This document shows, piece by piece, positions 9,084 to 18,247 of a stretch of 64,000 nucleotides of DNA. Every line of letters begins with the position of its first letter. Within the stretch, counting starts at the first letter, position 1. A model generated the notes under the pieces. That model saw only the letters and a program-made list of their open reading frames with translations. It did not search any database and was not told the DNA's origin. The position numbers were made by a program, and so were the translations under genes. Source of the stretch: Pyrinomonadaceae bacterium (lineage in GTDB: Bacteria; Acidobacteriota; Blastocatellia; Pyrinomonadales; Pyrinomonadaceae); the NCBI GenBank assembly GCA_014534425.1, contig JACVRN010000003.1:11391-75390 (forward strand). Reading direction: 5' to 3'.

Positions 9084-10103
9084 ATGAAGAGAAGCACTTT
9101 TCTAAAATGGAAACTGCGCCAGGCAAGCTTTATCACGCGCGCTCTTCTTTCCAAGAATCATCCCGTTCTGGCGCACGTCATTCCCATGCGGCGCTGCAAT
9201 CTGGCCTGCGGCTACTGCAACGAGTACGACAAGGTCTCACAGCCCGTCCCGCTCGAAGAGATGAAGAAGCGGCTGGACAAGCTGGCAGACCTTGGCACCT
9301 CCATCATCACCATCTCTGGCGGCGAGCCTCTGATGCACCCGCAGCTTGACGACATCATTCGTCACATACGCAAGCGCGGCATGATTGCAGGGTTAATCTC
9401 GAACGGCTACTACTTCACGCCCGAGCGCATCAGGCGATTGAACGAAGCGGGCCTGGATGCTTTGCAGATAAGCATAGACAACGTTGAGCCGGACGAAGTC
9501 TCAAAGAAGAGCCTCAAGAATCTGGATAAGAAGCTTCAACTTCTGGCCGAGCACGCCAACTTTCACATCAACATCAATTCCGTCATAGGCGGCGGCATCA
9601 AAACTCCCGAAGACGCGCTCACCATAGCCAAGCGCGCCGTGGAGCTTGGCTTCTCAAGCACGGTCGGCGTCATACACGACCACGACGGCACACTGAAACC
9701 TCTGACCGAAAGAGAGAAGGAAATCTTTCAGCAGGTCAAGAAGCTCGGCAACAAGGATCACGCCCGCCTCAACTGGTTTCAGGATTCCATAGCCGAAGGC
9801 AAGCCCTACGAGTGGCGCTGCCGCGCGGGCGCGCGTTACCTGTACATCTGCGAGGACGGACTTGTTCACTGGTGCTCGCAGCAGCGCGGCTACCCTGGCA
9901 CTCCGCTAGCGGATTACACTATGGAAGATTTCCGGCGCGAGTATTATTCCGAGAAATGGTGCGCGCCGACCTGCACGCTTCAGTGCGTGCATCAGGTGGG
10001 CATACTGGACAACTGGCGCGACCCGCAGAAGCCTGTCCCGCTCACGAGGAGCGATAAGCCGAAAGCCAAAGAGCCTGTCGGCGAGATGCTCAGCGTCGAA
10101 TAG
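9084..10103 (+). CDS. Radical SAM protein with a Cys-rich C-terminal region
   Basis: [11 protein letters not shown] is a CxxxCxxC cluster. ISGGEPL is a SAM-binding motif. The C-terminal cysteines (WRCRAG...HWCSQ...[10 protein letters not shown]) suggest auxiliary Fe-S clusters. Confidence 0.8.
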   Translation: MKRSTFLKWKLRQASFITRALLSKNHPVLAHVIPMRRCNLACGYCNEYDKVSQPVPLEEMKKRLDKLADLGTSIITISGGEPLMHPQLDDIIRHIRKRGMIAGLISNGYYFTPERIRRLNEAGLDALQISIDNVEPDEVSKKSLKNLDKKLQLLAEHANFHININSVIGGGIKTPEDALTIAKRAVELGFSSTVGVIHDHDGTLKPLTEREKEIFQQVKKLGNKDHARLNWFQDSIAEGKPYEWRCRAGARYLYICEDGLVHWCSQQRGYPGTPLADYTMEDFRREYYSEKWCAPTCTLQCVHQVGILDNWRDPQKPVPLTRSDKPKAKEPVGEMLSVE

Positions 10104-10150
10104 GTCTGGAAAATCCAATTCATCTCCCACGCTTCGCCCTTAAAATCATT

Positions 10151-11119
10151 ATGCAAGTAACCGGACGAGCGCCGAGGTGCTCCCTCTTCATCTGCATTCT
10201 TCTGTTCATGACGGCATATCCTGCGCCGCAACTCTCGCAGCAACAGATGAAGGCGCAGACACAGACGGCTTCAACGAAATCGGGCGATGAAGAATTGATG
10301 CTGACCGTCACAGTGTCGAACAAGCGCCTGGTGCCTTTTAGCGGGCTGAGCAAGGAGGCGTTTACAGTCATGGACGACAAGACGCCGCGCGAGATTACTT
10401 CCTTCAGCAATGACGATGCCCCGCACAGCATAGGCGTCATCTTCGACATGTCAGGCTCCATGAGCGAAAAGAAGCTGACCCGACCCGTCGCACTATTCTT
10501 CGACAACTTCCTGAACGCCAGCAATAGGGCGAACGAATATTTCATCATGGCGTTCGCAGAGCGCCCTGTCATCGCAATCGACTGGACGACAGATATAAGC
10601 GACCTTCTGGCAAAGCTTCTCACGGCAAACACCAGGGGACAGACGGCGCTTTACGACGCATTGTATGCTGCTATTGAAAAAGCAAAGACCGGCAGGTACA
10701 GGCCGCCCGCTTTAATAGTCTTCACAGACGGGCAAGATAACAATTCCAAGCACACCTTCAGTCAGGTGAGAGAGTTGCTGAAGGAATCCGATGTCACCTT
10801 CTACGGCATACTCATAAACGGCGGCACAGACCCGGGCAGCAGCCAGGGCGAGGCGGGTAAATCCATCCTCTCTGAGCTTGCATCAATCACAGGCGGACGG
10901 TCTTTCAATCCCTTGACGAAGAAACAGGAGCAGGAAGCCTTCGAGACCATCGCGGCGGAATTAAAATATCAGTACCGCATAGGCTTCAAGCCCCTGGCCG
11001 CTACAGGCAAACCCAAATGGCGCTCCATCAAGGTCAAGGTAACGCAGCCCGAAAACGCCCCGCCCGAATTTCGTAATCTCACAGTCAGAACCCGCGAAGG
11101 ATATTATCCAAAGCAGTGA
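10151..11119 (+). CDS. VWA-domain protein
   Basis: MIDAS-like GVIFDMSGSM and FTDGQDN motifs, with an N-terminal hydrophobic segment. Confidence 0.75.
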   Translation: MQVTGRAPRCSLFICILLFMTAYPAPQLSQQQMKAQTQTASTKSGDEELMLTVTVSNKRLVPFSGLSKEAFTVMDDKTPREITSFSNDDAPHSIGVIFDMSGSMSEKKLTRPVALFFDNFLNASNRANEYFIMAFAERPVIAIDWTTDISDLLAKLLTANTRGQTALYDALYAAIEKAKTGRYRPPALIVFTDGQDNNSKHTFSQVRELLKESDVTFYGILINGGTDPGSSQGEAGKSILSELASITGGRSFNPLTKKQEQEAFETIAAELKYQYRIGFKPLAATGKPKWRSIKVKVTQPENAPPEFRNLTVRTREGYYPKQ

Positions 11120-11134
11120 CAAGTGACGAGTAGC

Positions 11135-11212
11135 AAACAGCTATCAGCAGTCAGCATTCAGCAAGAAGAAGAAGAGCTTGTTTTTGCTGATGGCTGATGG
11201 CTGATAGCTTTT
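11135..11212. repeat. Family-A hairpin, (NNTCAGC)n heptad arms
   Basis: CTATCAGC AGTCAGC ATTCAGC faces GCTGATG GCTGATG GCTGATAGC. It lies between the convergent VWA and pyk genes. Confidence 0.8.
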
Positions 11213-11216
11213 CTTG

Positions 11217-12665
11217 TTACTGTTGCTGTACTTCTTCGCCTATGCGGTGGAGTTTCATGGAGCTTGAGAGGCCGAGGCCGGAGAGTTGACCGGCCATGAC
11301 GACTATGACTTCGCCCTGCTGCGCTACGCCTGCTTCCAGGAGCGCGCGGTCGCCCGTGCGTATCATCTCCTCCGTTCGATTGGACGTGGGATGACTCAGC
11401 GATTCTATGCCCCAGATGAGCGACAATTCGTTGCGTACGTCTTCCGAGGGCGTGAGCGCAACTATTCGCTGCTCCGGCCTGAGCACCGAGAGACGACGCG
11501 CCATCAGCCCTGATTCCGTGAAGACCACAATGGTCTTTGCGCCCATCTCTTCTGCGGCAAAGGTCGCGGCCTCGCAGAGCGCGCGGCTGAAGCGCCCGGA
11601 TTGTCTTCCCGCCAGCACCTGACGCGCGTGCATAGCGCCCGGCCTTCCAGTCTCAGCCGTCTCTATAATGCGCGCCATCGTCGCCACAGCCGGAACAGGA
11701 TATTGACCCATAGCCGTTTCGTTAGAGAGCATCACGGCATCCGTTCCATCCCACACGGCGTTCGCCACGTCCGTAGATTCTGCGCGTGTGGGGCGCGGGT
11801 TCGTGACCATAGACTGCAACATCTGAGTGGCGGTGATGACGAATTTCTCAGCTATGTTCGCCTGCTCTATGATTCGCTTCTGGTAGACGGGGACAAGCTC
11901 CACGCTGGTCTCTACGCCGAGGTCTCCGCGCGCCACCATCACTCCGTCCGAAGCCGCAATCACTTCGTTCAGATTATCAATCGCCTCGGCCTTCTCTATT
12001 TTGGAGACGAGGGGCTGTCGGCCTCCCTGTGCCTTGATGAGTTCTTTGGCCTCGCGGCAATCCTCTGCGCGACGCACGAACGAGAGCGCGATGTAATCCG
12101 CGCCCTGCCTGACGGCCCACGAAAGGTCTCGCCGGTCTTTATCCGTCAAAGACGGGATCGGAAGCTGGATGCCCGGAAGGTTTATGCCTTTACGCTCGCC
12201 AAGGGTGCCGCCGTTGATGACGCGGCAGATGACATCCGTTTCTGTCACACGCTCTACGCGAAGCTCAATCGCGCCGTCGTCCAGCAGAAGCCGCGCACCC
12301 GGCTTCACGTCTCGCGCCATCCCCGAGTAGTTGGTAGAGACTTCGTGCGCGTCGCCTGCTACGGAGCGTGTGGTGATGGTAAAGAGCGCGTTCGTCTCAA
12401 GCTGAACGGGCTGGCCGTTCTTCAGCACGCCGGTTCTAATCTTCGGCCCCGAAAGGTCTACCAGCACGGAGAGGGGCCGCCGCATAGCGCGGGCTGCGGA
12501 GCGGGCACGCTGAATGTTTTCCGCGTGCTCGTCCTGTGTGCCGTGCGACATGTTTATGCGTACGGCGTTGACGCCCGCCGCAATCATCGCCTCAAGTATC
12601 GCAGGCTCGCGCGACGCAGGCCCCAGCGTGGCAAGAATCTTTGCTCTTCTCACAACACTCCCCAC
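11217..12665 (-). CDS. pyk: Pyruvate kinase
   Basis: 482 aa. AKILATLGPAS...VRINMSHG...MVARGDLGVE are the canonical pyruvate kinase motifs. Confidence 0.95.
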   Translation of the reverse strand: MGSVVRRAKILATLGPASREPAILEAMIAAGVNAVRINMSHGTQDEHAENIQRARSAARAMRRPLSVLVDLSGPKIRTGVLKNGQPVQLETNALFTITTRSVAGDAHEVSTNYSGMARDVKPGARLLLDDGAIELRVERVTETDVICRVINGGTLGERKGINLPGIQLPIPSLTDKDRRDLSWAVRQGADYIALSFVRRAEDCREAKELIKAQGGRQPLVSKIEKAEAIDNLNEVIAASDGVMVARGDLGVETSVELVPVYQKRIIEQANIAEKFVITATQMLQSMVTNPRPTRAESTDVANAVWDGTDAVMLSNETAMGQYPVPAVATMARIIETAETGRPGAMHARQVLAGRQSGRFSRALCEAATFAAEEMGAKTIVVFTESGLMARRLSVLRPEQRIVALTPSEDVRNELSLIWGIESLSHPTSNRTEEMIRTGDRALLEAGVAQQGEVIVVMAGQLSGLGLSSSMKLHRIGEEVQQQ

Positions 12666-12785
12666 CTTGGTTCAAGACATAAGCTGATTAAGAGACCGCG
12701 CTTATTATCAACCATATTAAGGCAAAAGGGAAAAGACAGAGGCCGGAGGGCAGGAGAAGAGCTTTTATAGTGTAAGAGAATAAAA

Positions 12786-12942
12786 GGCTCCGTAGGAGCC
12801 AGCATGTTTATAGCTTATAGAAGCAATAAGTAATCAAGCTCCGTAGGAGCGACATGTTCTCTGTTGATGACATAAAGCTCCTACGGAGCTTGCATTTTGT
12901 TCTACTACTGAAACTATAAACATTCTCGCTCCTACGGAGCTA
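12786..12942. repeat. REP/BIME-like cluster: four copies of the 13-bp palindrome GCTCC-GTA-GGAGC
   Basis: Copies lie at 12786-12800, 12837-12851, 12876-12890 and 12928-12942. The last two have the loop flipped (TAC). The flanking motif CATGTT(T) is shared; copy 1 plus its flank is the inverted repeat of copy 4 plus its flank. Confidence 0.8.
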
Positions 12943-13006
12943 AGACCGCGCGACCTCCTTCGCTCAAACTCACTCTTTTACTTGCCTCTGACCTTTACTC
13001 TTAGCC

Positions 13007-13621
13007 TTATTCAGTAGAGATGGCGGATTGGATGGCCTGTTCGAGTTCTGCGGGAAGGGTGTTGTCGTAGCCTATGAAGTGCTTGACCAGTCGTCCCTGT
13101 CTGTCGAAGACGATGGTCTGCGGGATAGTGTCGTTGTTGCCTAGGTACAGATTGACCAGTTCCGTGTCCGGGTAGCCGAGCGCGTACTGTATGCGATAGC
13201 TGCGAACGAACTCCGGCACCAGGGGGCGGTCGTCGGGGCCGCCTACGTTGAGGCCCACTATGTTCAAGCCTTGCGGGCCGAAGCGGCGCTGCAATTCTAT
13301 AAGCTGCGGAATCTCCTCACGGCACGGCGGGCAATAGGTCGCCCAGAAATCCAGCACCAGAACCTTGCCCTTGTAATCGGCCATCTTCATGCGGCGACCG
13401 TCCAGCAGCGTGAAACCGTACTGGCTAGAGTCTGCGGAAGCTGACGACGGCGGCATGGGATACTGCGATTGCGGCACGCGCTGTCCAGAAGGCGTGTTGC
13501 CGGATTGCTGCGAGACCAAAGTGGGCGTGTTGCCGCAGGCAGCCGCGACGAGAAGAGAGAGCGACAGTATGATTCCCGTCGCCACGCGCCGCGTCCTGTA
13601 AGATTCCTGGAAGCCTTGCAT
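13007..13621 (-). CDS. TlpA-family thiol:disulfide oxidoreductase lipoprotein
   Basis: WATYCPPC is a thioredoxin CxxC motif. A lipobox-like LLVAAAC is present. Confidence 0.85.
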   Translation of the reverse strand: MQGFQESYRTRRVATGIILSLSLLVAAACGNTPTLVSQQSGNTPSGQRVPQSQYPMPPSSASADSSQYGFTLLDGRRMKMADYKGKVLVLDFWATYCPPCREEIPQLIELQRRFGPQGLNIVGLNVGGPDDRPLVPEFVRSYRIQYALGYPDTELVNLYLGNNDTIPQTIVFDRQGRLVKHFIGYDNTLPAELEQAIQSAISTE

Positions 13622-13627
13622 TAAACT

Positions 13628-13831
13628 CTATTCCTCTTCAAGAGACGGTGGAGCATTTACGGGGCGCTCCTCGTCAGTCTCTATCTCGGTCGCGGGCGAC
13701 TCAGGGCCGGGCACACGATATTCCTCGTTAGCCCAACGGCCAAAATCTATCAGTTTGCAGCGTTCGGAACAGAAGGGACGATAGGGATTGCCTTGCCATT
13801 TAACCGGCTGGTCGCAGATGGGACACTTCAT
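13628..13831 (-). CDS. yacG: DNA gyrase inhibitor YacG (zinc-ribbon)
   Basis: [10 protein letters not shown]...[21 protein letters not shown] matches the YacG signature. Confidence 0.85.
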   Translation of the reverse strand: MKCPICDQPVKWQGNPYRPFCSERCKLIDFGRWANEEYRVPGPESPATEIETDEERPVNAPPSLEEE

Positions 13832-13832
13832 A

Positions 13833-14543
13833 TTAAAACATAGCTAGCGATTCCGGGCGCTTAATCAGAATCTTTCGATTGACGAAATCAATGATACCTT
13901 CGCGGCGCATGGCGTTCAAGCGCACGGTCACGCTCTCGCGCGTGGAGCCTACGATTGAGGCTATTTCCCTGTGCGGGAGCGGAATGTCTATCAAGACGCC
14001 CTCGGTTTCGTTGACGCCGTAGCGGCGCGAGAAATCCACCAGCAGCTTGTCCAGGCGCGCCGGAATCGCGTCGAGCGCAAAGTCTGCGACCCTTCGCTCC
14101 GCACGCGCAAGGCGTTGACCGATGAGACGGAAGGTGTAATCATAAAGTTGCTGGCTTTCGGCCATCCCCCTTTTGAACTCCCCCACAGGAATACGCACGA
14201 GGCGCACCTGTTCGTAGGCGACCGCAGAGTTTTCTCTCTGGCCGTCCGCGTAGAGCGCCGAGTCGCCGAAGAGCGAGCCTGCGGGCAGGATGTCTATCAC
14301 GGCTTCACGCTGCGTTCCCTCTTCAATCCGGCAGAGCTTTATGCGGCCACGCTCTATGACGTAGAGCGCGTCTGCCGAGTCGCCCGAACTGTAGATGAAG
14401 CGGCGGCGGCGATAGTCGTAGGCTGCCGAACTGGCGGCGAGCTGCATGAGCAAGTGTTCGCTCAGGGTTGAGCCGAAATCGGACTTCTGGAGGATTACGG
14501 CACGCTCGTCTGCGGTAAGATCACAAGCGCGTTTGGCTGGCAT
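13833..14543 (-). CDS. Crp/Fnr-family transcriptional regulator
   Basis: A cNMP-binding-like N-terminal domain and a C-terminal HTH ([25 protein letters not shown]). Confidence 0.85.
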   Translation of the reverse strand: MPAKRACDLTADERAVILQKSDFGSTLSEHLLMQLAASSAAYDYRRRRFIYSSGDSADALYVIERGRIKLCRIEEGTQREAVIDILPAGSLFGDSALYADGQRENSAVAYEQVRLVRIPVGEFKRGMAESQQLYDYTFRLIGQRLARAERRVADFALDAIPARLDKLLVDFSRRYGVNETEGVLIDIPLPHREIASIVGSTRESVTVRLNAMRREGIIDFVNRKILIKRPESLAMF

Positions 14544-14857
14544 AGTGTTAAACTTCCTCTTTGAGGTTTAGGTTTTCGGAATTAAAAGTTCGCACGCAAA
14601 GGCTTGATTGCAGGCGACCCGTCCCCGGTACAGTAGATAAAGAGATTAGCGCTCAACGCTAGCGTTGGATAAACTCGGAAATGTAAGGAAACAGGTTGAG
14701 CGAGGTCTAACGGTCTTTCAATTGTTGTTTGGAGCAATTCCCAGGATGAGTTCTCAAAAACTTGTACTTTGCGCTTCAAACGCCCTTTGGAAGAAGCGCC
14801 ACTTTAACACGAAGCGCAAGAGGCGCGCAAGAGGCTTTTCGAGTCCGGTAATTACTG

Positions 14858-15796
14858 ATGTTAATTAAACAGAGCGTCCTGGTGGTGGACGACGACGATG
14901 ACAAACGACTGCTCTTGAAAGTCGCGCTGGAGATGGCCGGTTACGAAGTCCTGACGGCCAGGGACGGCGCTGAAGGCTTGACGGCTGTCGAATCCTTCCA
15001 GCCCGACCTGATTATCACGGACGTGATGATGCCCAGAATGGACGGATACGAGTTTGCCCGCAGGGTTCGCGGCAATCCCATGACGCGCTTTATCCCGATT
15101 ATCATTCAGACCGCCGCGCGCAACAATCCCAACGACGCGCGGCGCGGCTCCGAGGTAGGAGCCTTAGGCTACATCACAGACCCTACAGACCTTGACCTGC
15201 TGCTGGCAAGGGCGCAGACCCTTCTGGACTTCAAAAACTATCTGGACACCTGCGAGGAGGCAGCGTTCACAGACCACCTGACGGGCCTGGCGAATCGCCG
15301 CCGCTTCGAGCGACAGCTTGAGCGAGAGATTACGCGCACGCTTCGTTACACGAGACCCTTTTGCCTGCTCCTGCTCGACATAGACCATTTCAAGCAGGTC
15401 AACGACACTCACGGTCACGAGGCGGGCGATGAAGCGATTCGGCGGATTGCTAAAATCCTTCAGGCCGGAACACGCGGCATAGACACAGCCGCGCGCATAG
15501 GCGGCGAAGAGTTCGCGCTGCTCCTGACCGAGACGGAGCTTTCGGGCGGGCTTGAAGTCGCAGAGCGTCTGCGGCTCGCCATCAAAGCCGACGAGATTTC
15601 CGTGGTGGGACAGGTGACGGCAAGCTTCGGCGTGGCAGAGTTCCCGCTCTGCGCGGCCACGGGCAGAGAGCTTCTGGCTGTGGCCGATACGGCCATGTAC
15701 GAGGCCAAGCGACAGGGGCGCGACCGCGTCCAGTCAGCCGCTACAGACCAACAGCCGGAGAACCCCACCGACACCGTCAACGTACTAGAAAAGTGA
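14858..15796 (+). CDS. Response regulator receiver-GGDEF diguanylate cyclase
   Basis: REC domain (VLVVDDDDD...DLIITDVMMP) plus GGDEF domain with GGEEF and RxxD-like elements. Confidence 0.9.
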   Translation: MLIKQSVLVVDDDDDKRLLLKVALEMAGYEVLTARDGAEGLTAVESFQPDLIITDVMMPRMDGYEFARRVRGNPMTRFIPIIIQTAARNNPNDARRGSEVGALGYITDPTDLDLLLARAQTLLDFKNYLDTCEEAAFTDHLTGLANRRRFERQLEREITRTLRYTRPFCLLLLDIDHFKQVNDTHGHEAGDEAIRRIAKILQAGTRGIDTAARIGGEEFALLLTETELSGGLEVAERLRLAIKADEISVVGQVTASFGVAEFPLCAATGRELLAVADTAMYEAKRQGRDRVQSAATDQQPENPTDTVNVLEK

Positions 15797-15827
15797 AAAG
15801 GGGGTGTGACCCCATCTTGAGGTAATA

Positions 15828-16784
15828 ATGAGCGATTACAAAGATAAGCTGGACGAGTGGCAGCGTGCTGCGCGGCGCAAGGCGCGCGAGTTGGACGAGA
15901 AGTACGGCATCAAGGACAGGCTCGAAGATGCTGCGGACGTGGCGCAGGGCGCAGCCCGTAAAGGGGCCGAGCGCGCACGCACAGAGGCCGAGCGCCTGAG
16001 CGAAGAGTTTGAAGTAAAAGAGCGCGCCAAACGTGCCGCAGAAGAGGCTGCTCGGCGTGCGCGCGAGGCCGGAGAGACCTTCAAGGCTGCTGCCGGAACC
16101 GCCGGAGAGAAGGCCGAAGAGGTCTTCGACGCGGCGAAGAAGTATTACGAGCGCGGGGCGCAGGTCTTCGACTTGGGCGCACGTGTCACACGCGCGGGCG
16201 CTGCGGCCACAACGGGCGCGCTCCGTGCTGGCGGCTGGGTTAGAGAGAATCCGGGCAAAGCCGCGCTCACGACCTTCTCGCTGGTGCTGGGCGTGCGTAT
16301 GGGCGCAAGCTTTCCCGGCCTGGACGCTGTGCTGATAGGCTCGCACCCGCACTGGTTCACGCACTCGGCGCTGCCCGTCTACGGGCTGCGAAAGGCGAGC
16401 CAGAAGTTTGACGAATACCTGAAGCGGCAGGAGAGCTTGATTGCGAGCGGCGAGCTGAAGGAAGCCGAAAGCTCGCGCGTGGAGTTCGAGCGAAAGGTGG
16501 TCAAGTACGTCGGAGCGCCGCTTCTGGGCGCATTCAGTTGCGCGGCGGGCGCTGCGCTCTGGGCGCAGATTTTTCAGCCCGGACGCATCACGGGCGCTCC
16601 CATCAGTTGGCTGCTCGGCGGCAATCCCTTCCTCGACGGCATCTGGCTCTTCGCAAACGGCGTCATCTGCTTTCATCAGGGCTACAAGTTCTTTATGATT
16701 GCGCTCGCGGACGACAAGCAGGTGCAGAAGCTCGTCAGAGAAATCAAGGGACTGCTGCCTGCGGCCTCAGCCTCCCCAAGTTAA
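15828..16784 (+). CDS. Hypothetical protein: charged helical N-terminal half, hydrophobic C-terminal half
   Basis: Ala/Glu/Arg/Lys-rich amphipathic repeats, followed by several hydrophobic segments. Confidence 0.5.
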   Translation: MSDYKDKLDEWQRAARRKARELDEKYGIKDRLEDAADVAQGAARKGAERARTEAERLSEEFEVKERAKRAAEEAARRAREAGETFKAAAGTAGEKAEEVFDAAKKYYERGAQVFDLGARVTRAGAAATTGALRAGGWVRENPGKAALTTFSLVLGVRMGASFPGLDAVLIGSHPHWFTHSALPVYGLRKASQKFDEYLKRQESLIASGELKEAESSRVEFERKVVKYVGAPLLGAFSCAAGAALWAQIFQPGRITGAPISWLLGGNPFLDGIWLFANGVICFHQGYKFFMIALADDKQVQKLVREIKGLLPAASASPS

Positions 16785-16830
16785 AAGAGCGCGAGCATTG
16801 CGCTCGGATTGATGAAAGGAGAGCTATCTT

Positions 16831-17826
16831 GTGAAGCTTCTCTTACGCGCGGGCATCTTGCTGGCGCTCTTTATCCTCTGGCCTGTGCTGCTACAGGCGC
16901 AGAACAATGACCGTCCATTTCAGCCTGCGGCTCCCCCGCCTCTGCCAACTCCTACGCCCAGGCCCGCGCCGACAGACGCTGACGGCTGGAAGATTATCTT
17001 CTTAACAGAGCGCAGCTACGGCTCCTTCAAAGTGCCTGGCGAGCCTACGACTCTCTCGAACGAGATAAACACTTCCGCAGGCCGTCTGACCCAGAATATT
17101 TATGTGCTCAAAACCGATGACGCCATCTATTACGTGAGCCACGTAAAATTCCCTGTAGCCGTCACGGACGCGAAGACTATTAGAGAGGCATTGGACTCCG
17201 GGCTGAAAAGATTGCTCGGCGCGGGGCAGAATATAGAGGTGCTGAGCGAGCGGGAGATTAAGATTGGAAGCTCTCCGGGTAAAGCGTGGATGTTGCGGAA
17301 CGAATATAACGTCGTGCAGGTCAGAGCCTTTATGGCCGGAAGGGACATCTATTTTATGACGCTCTCCATGCCGCGCCAGATGGTTCTCAAAGCCGATAAA
17401 CCGGACGTGAGCGAAGACAACTTGACGGAGAGCTATCAGGCCAGGGCGAAAAAGTTTTTCGGCTCTCTGCAACTTTATGGGGGCGGCGTGGGCTACGGCG
17501 GCGGCTCGGCAATAAAAGGCACGGCTCCAAAGAGCGAAGGCGGGGCGAAGACGGTTAGCGGCGGCGTGTTGAATAAAAAAGCTCTCAGTCTTCCGAAGCC
17601 CAAATATCCTGATAAGGCTCAGGCACAGGGCATCACAGGCTCGGTCGTCGTGCAGGTGACAGTAGATGAAGAGGGCAGAGTAATCGCAGCAAAGGCCATC
17701 ACGGGAAATACGGAATTGCAGGGAGCGGCAGAAGAGGCTGCGCGTAAGGCGCGCTTTGCTCCTACGAAATCGGAGGGACAGCCCGCAAGGGTAACAGGAG
17801 TGCTGGTCTATAATTTTGCTTTCTAA
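16831..17826 (+). CDS. TonB C-terminal-domain protein
   Basis: GTG start with an AAAGGAGAG ribosome-binding site. It has a signal/TM segment, a Pro-rich linker (PAAPPPLPTPTPRPAP) and a C-terminal TonB_C-like GSVVVQVTVDEEGRV...ARFAPT. Confidence 0.75.
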   Translation: MKLLLRAGILLALFILWPVLLQAQNNDRPFQPAAPPPLPTPTPRPAPTDADGWKIIFLTERSYGSFKVPGEPTTLSNEINTSAGRLTQNIYVLKTDDAIYYVSHVKFPVAVTDAKTIREALDSGLKRLLGAGQNIEVLSEREIKIGSSPGKAWMLRNEYNVVQVRAFMAGRDIYFMTLSMPRQMVLKADKPDVSEDNLTESYQARAKKFFGSLQLYGGGVGYGGGSAIKGTAPKSEGGAKTVSGGVLNKKALSLPKPKYPDKAQAQGITGSVVVQVTVDEEGRVIAAKAITGNTELQGAAEEAARKARFAPTKSEGQPARVTGVLVYNFAF

Positions 17827-17897
17827 CGACCGGCCTTCGGTCAACCAAAGGATGGGCCGAAGCATCTTTCACGAATAGAAAGAAGGACACTCGCATC

Positions 17898-18203
17898 ATG
17901 AACCTGAGACGTTACGTACTTTTTCTCGTCGTCGCCATCTTAACTTTCGTCATAGGCGTCACCGCAGCCGTTCTCGTAGGCCACGTCAATCCGTTCCCGC
18001 GCCTTCACGTCACGCGCAGCAGAAACTGCACACGGCTGTCCGCCCTGCCCGCCCCTAAAAACAGACTGACCGTCTACACCGTCTACCGCTTAGACGGCAC
18101 GGTCGTCAGAGAATACGAAGTAGATAACGCATACCCCATGCTTGGACAGGGCACATCCAATAGCACGATAGCGCCTGCAACCCCCGTAGCCGCCTCCCGT
18201 TAA
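17898..18203 (+). CDS. Hypothetical single-TM protein
   Basis: An ORF with an N-terminal TM segment (YVLFLVVAILTFVIGVTAAVLV). Confidence 0.4.
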   Translation: MNLRRYVLFLVVAILTFVIGVTAAVLVGHVNPFPRLHVTRSRNCTRLSALPAPKNRLTVYTVYRLDGTVVREYEVDNAYPMLGQGTSNSTIAPATPVAASR

Positions 18204-18247
18204 TACTGTAGGGGCCGGGCGAAAATTTCGGGTTTTAGGGCGATTTG

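Noticed and set aside
11601-12770. A 389-aa plus-strand ORF, one of many long ORFs lying antisense to confident genes. Others include 156-653, 1342-1890, 3888-4643, 4644-5345, 6315-6821, 8407-8871, 10120-10632, 15777-16676, 17002-17865, 21822-22418, 22806-23366, 24240-24869, 25684-26340, 35249-35956, 37072-37650, 42178-42831, 45829-46557, 53868-54407, 58354-59199, 59951-60472 and 62897-63448.
   Set aside because: Each lies entirely opposite a gene with strong family motifs; this one is opposite pyk. Their translations are Arg/Ala/His-rich with no motifs, which is typical of shadow ORFs in G+C-rich DNA.
12786-12942. A CRISPR array, considered for the palindrome cluster and for the recurring hairpin families.
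   Set aside because: The repeats are only 13 bp long, alternate in orientation, are irregularly spaced at 39-52 bp and occur only four times. The other hairpin families occur as single inverted pairs at dispersed loci. No cas genes are present in the window.
14585-14640. CACGCAAAGGC...CCCCGG, resembling the ACGCAAAGC core of the c-di-GMP-I (GEMM) riboswitch, upstream of the REC-GGDEF gene.
   Set aside because: The match is a single short stretch. I could not identify a GNRA tetraloop/receptor pair or the first GGCAAA-containing hairpin. It also lies about 220-270 nt from the start codon. A covariance-model scan is needed before any claim.
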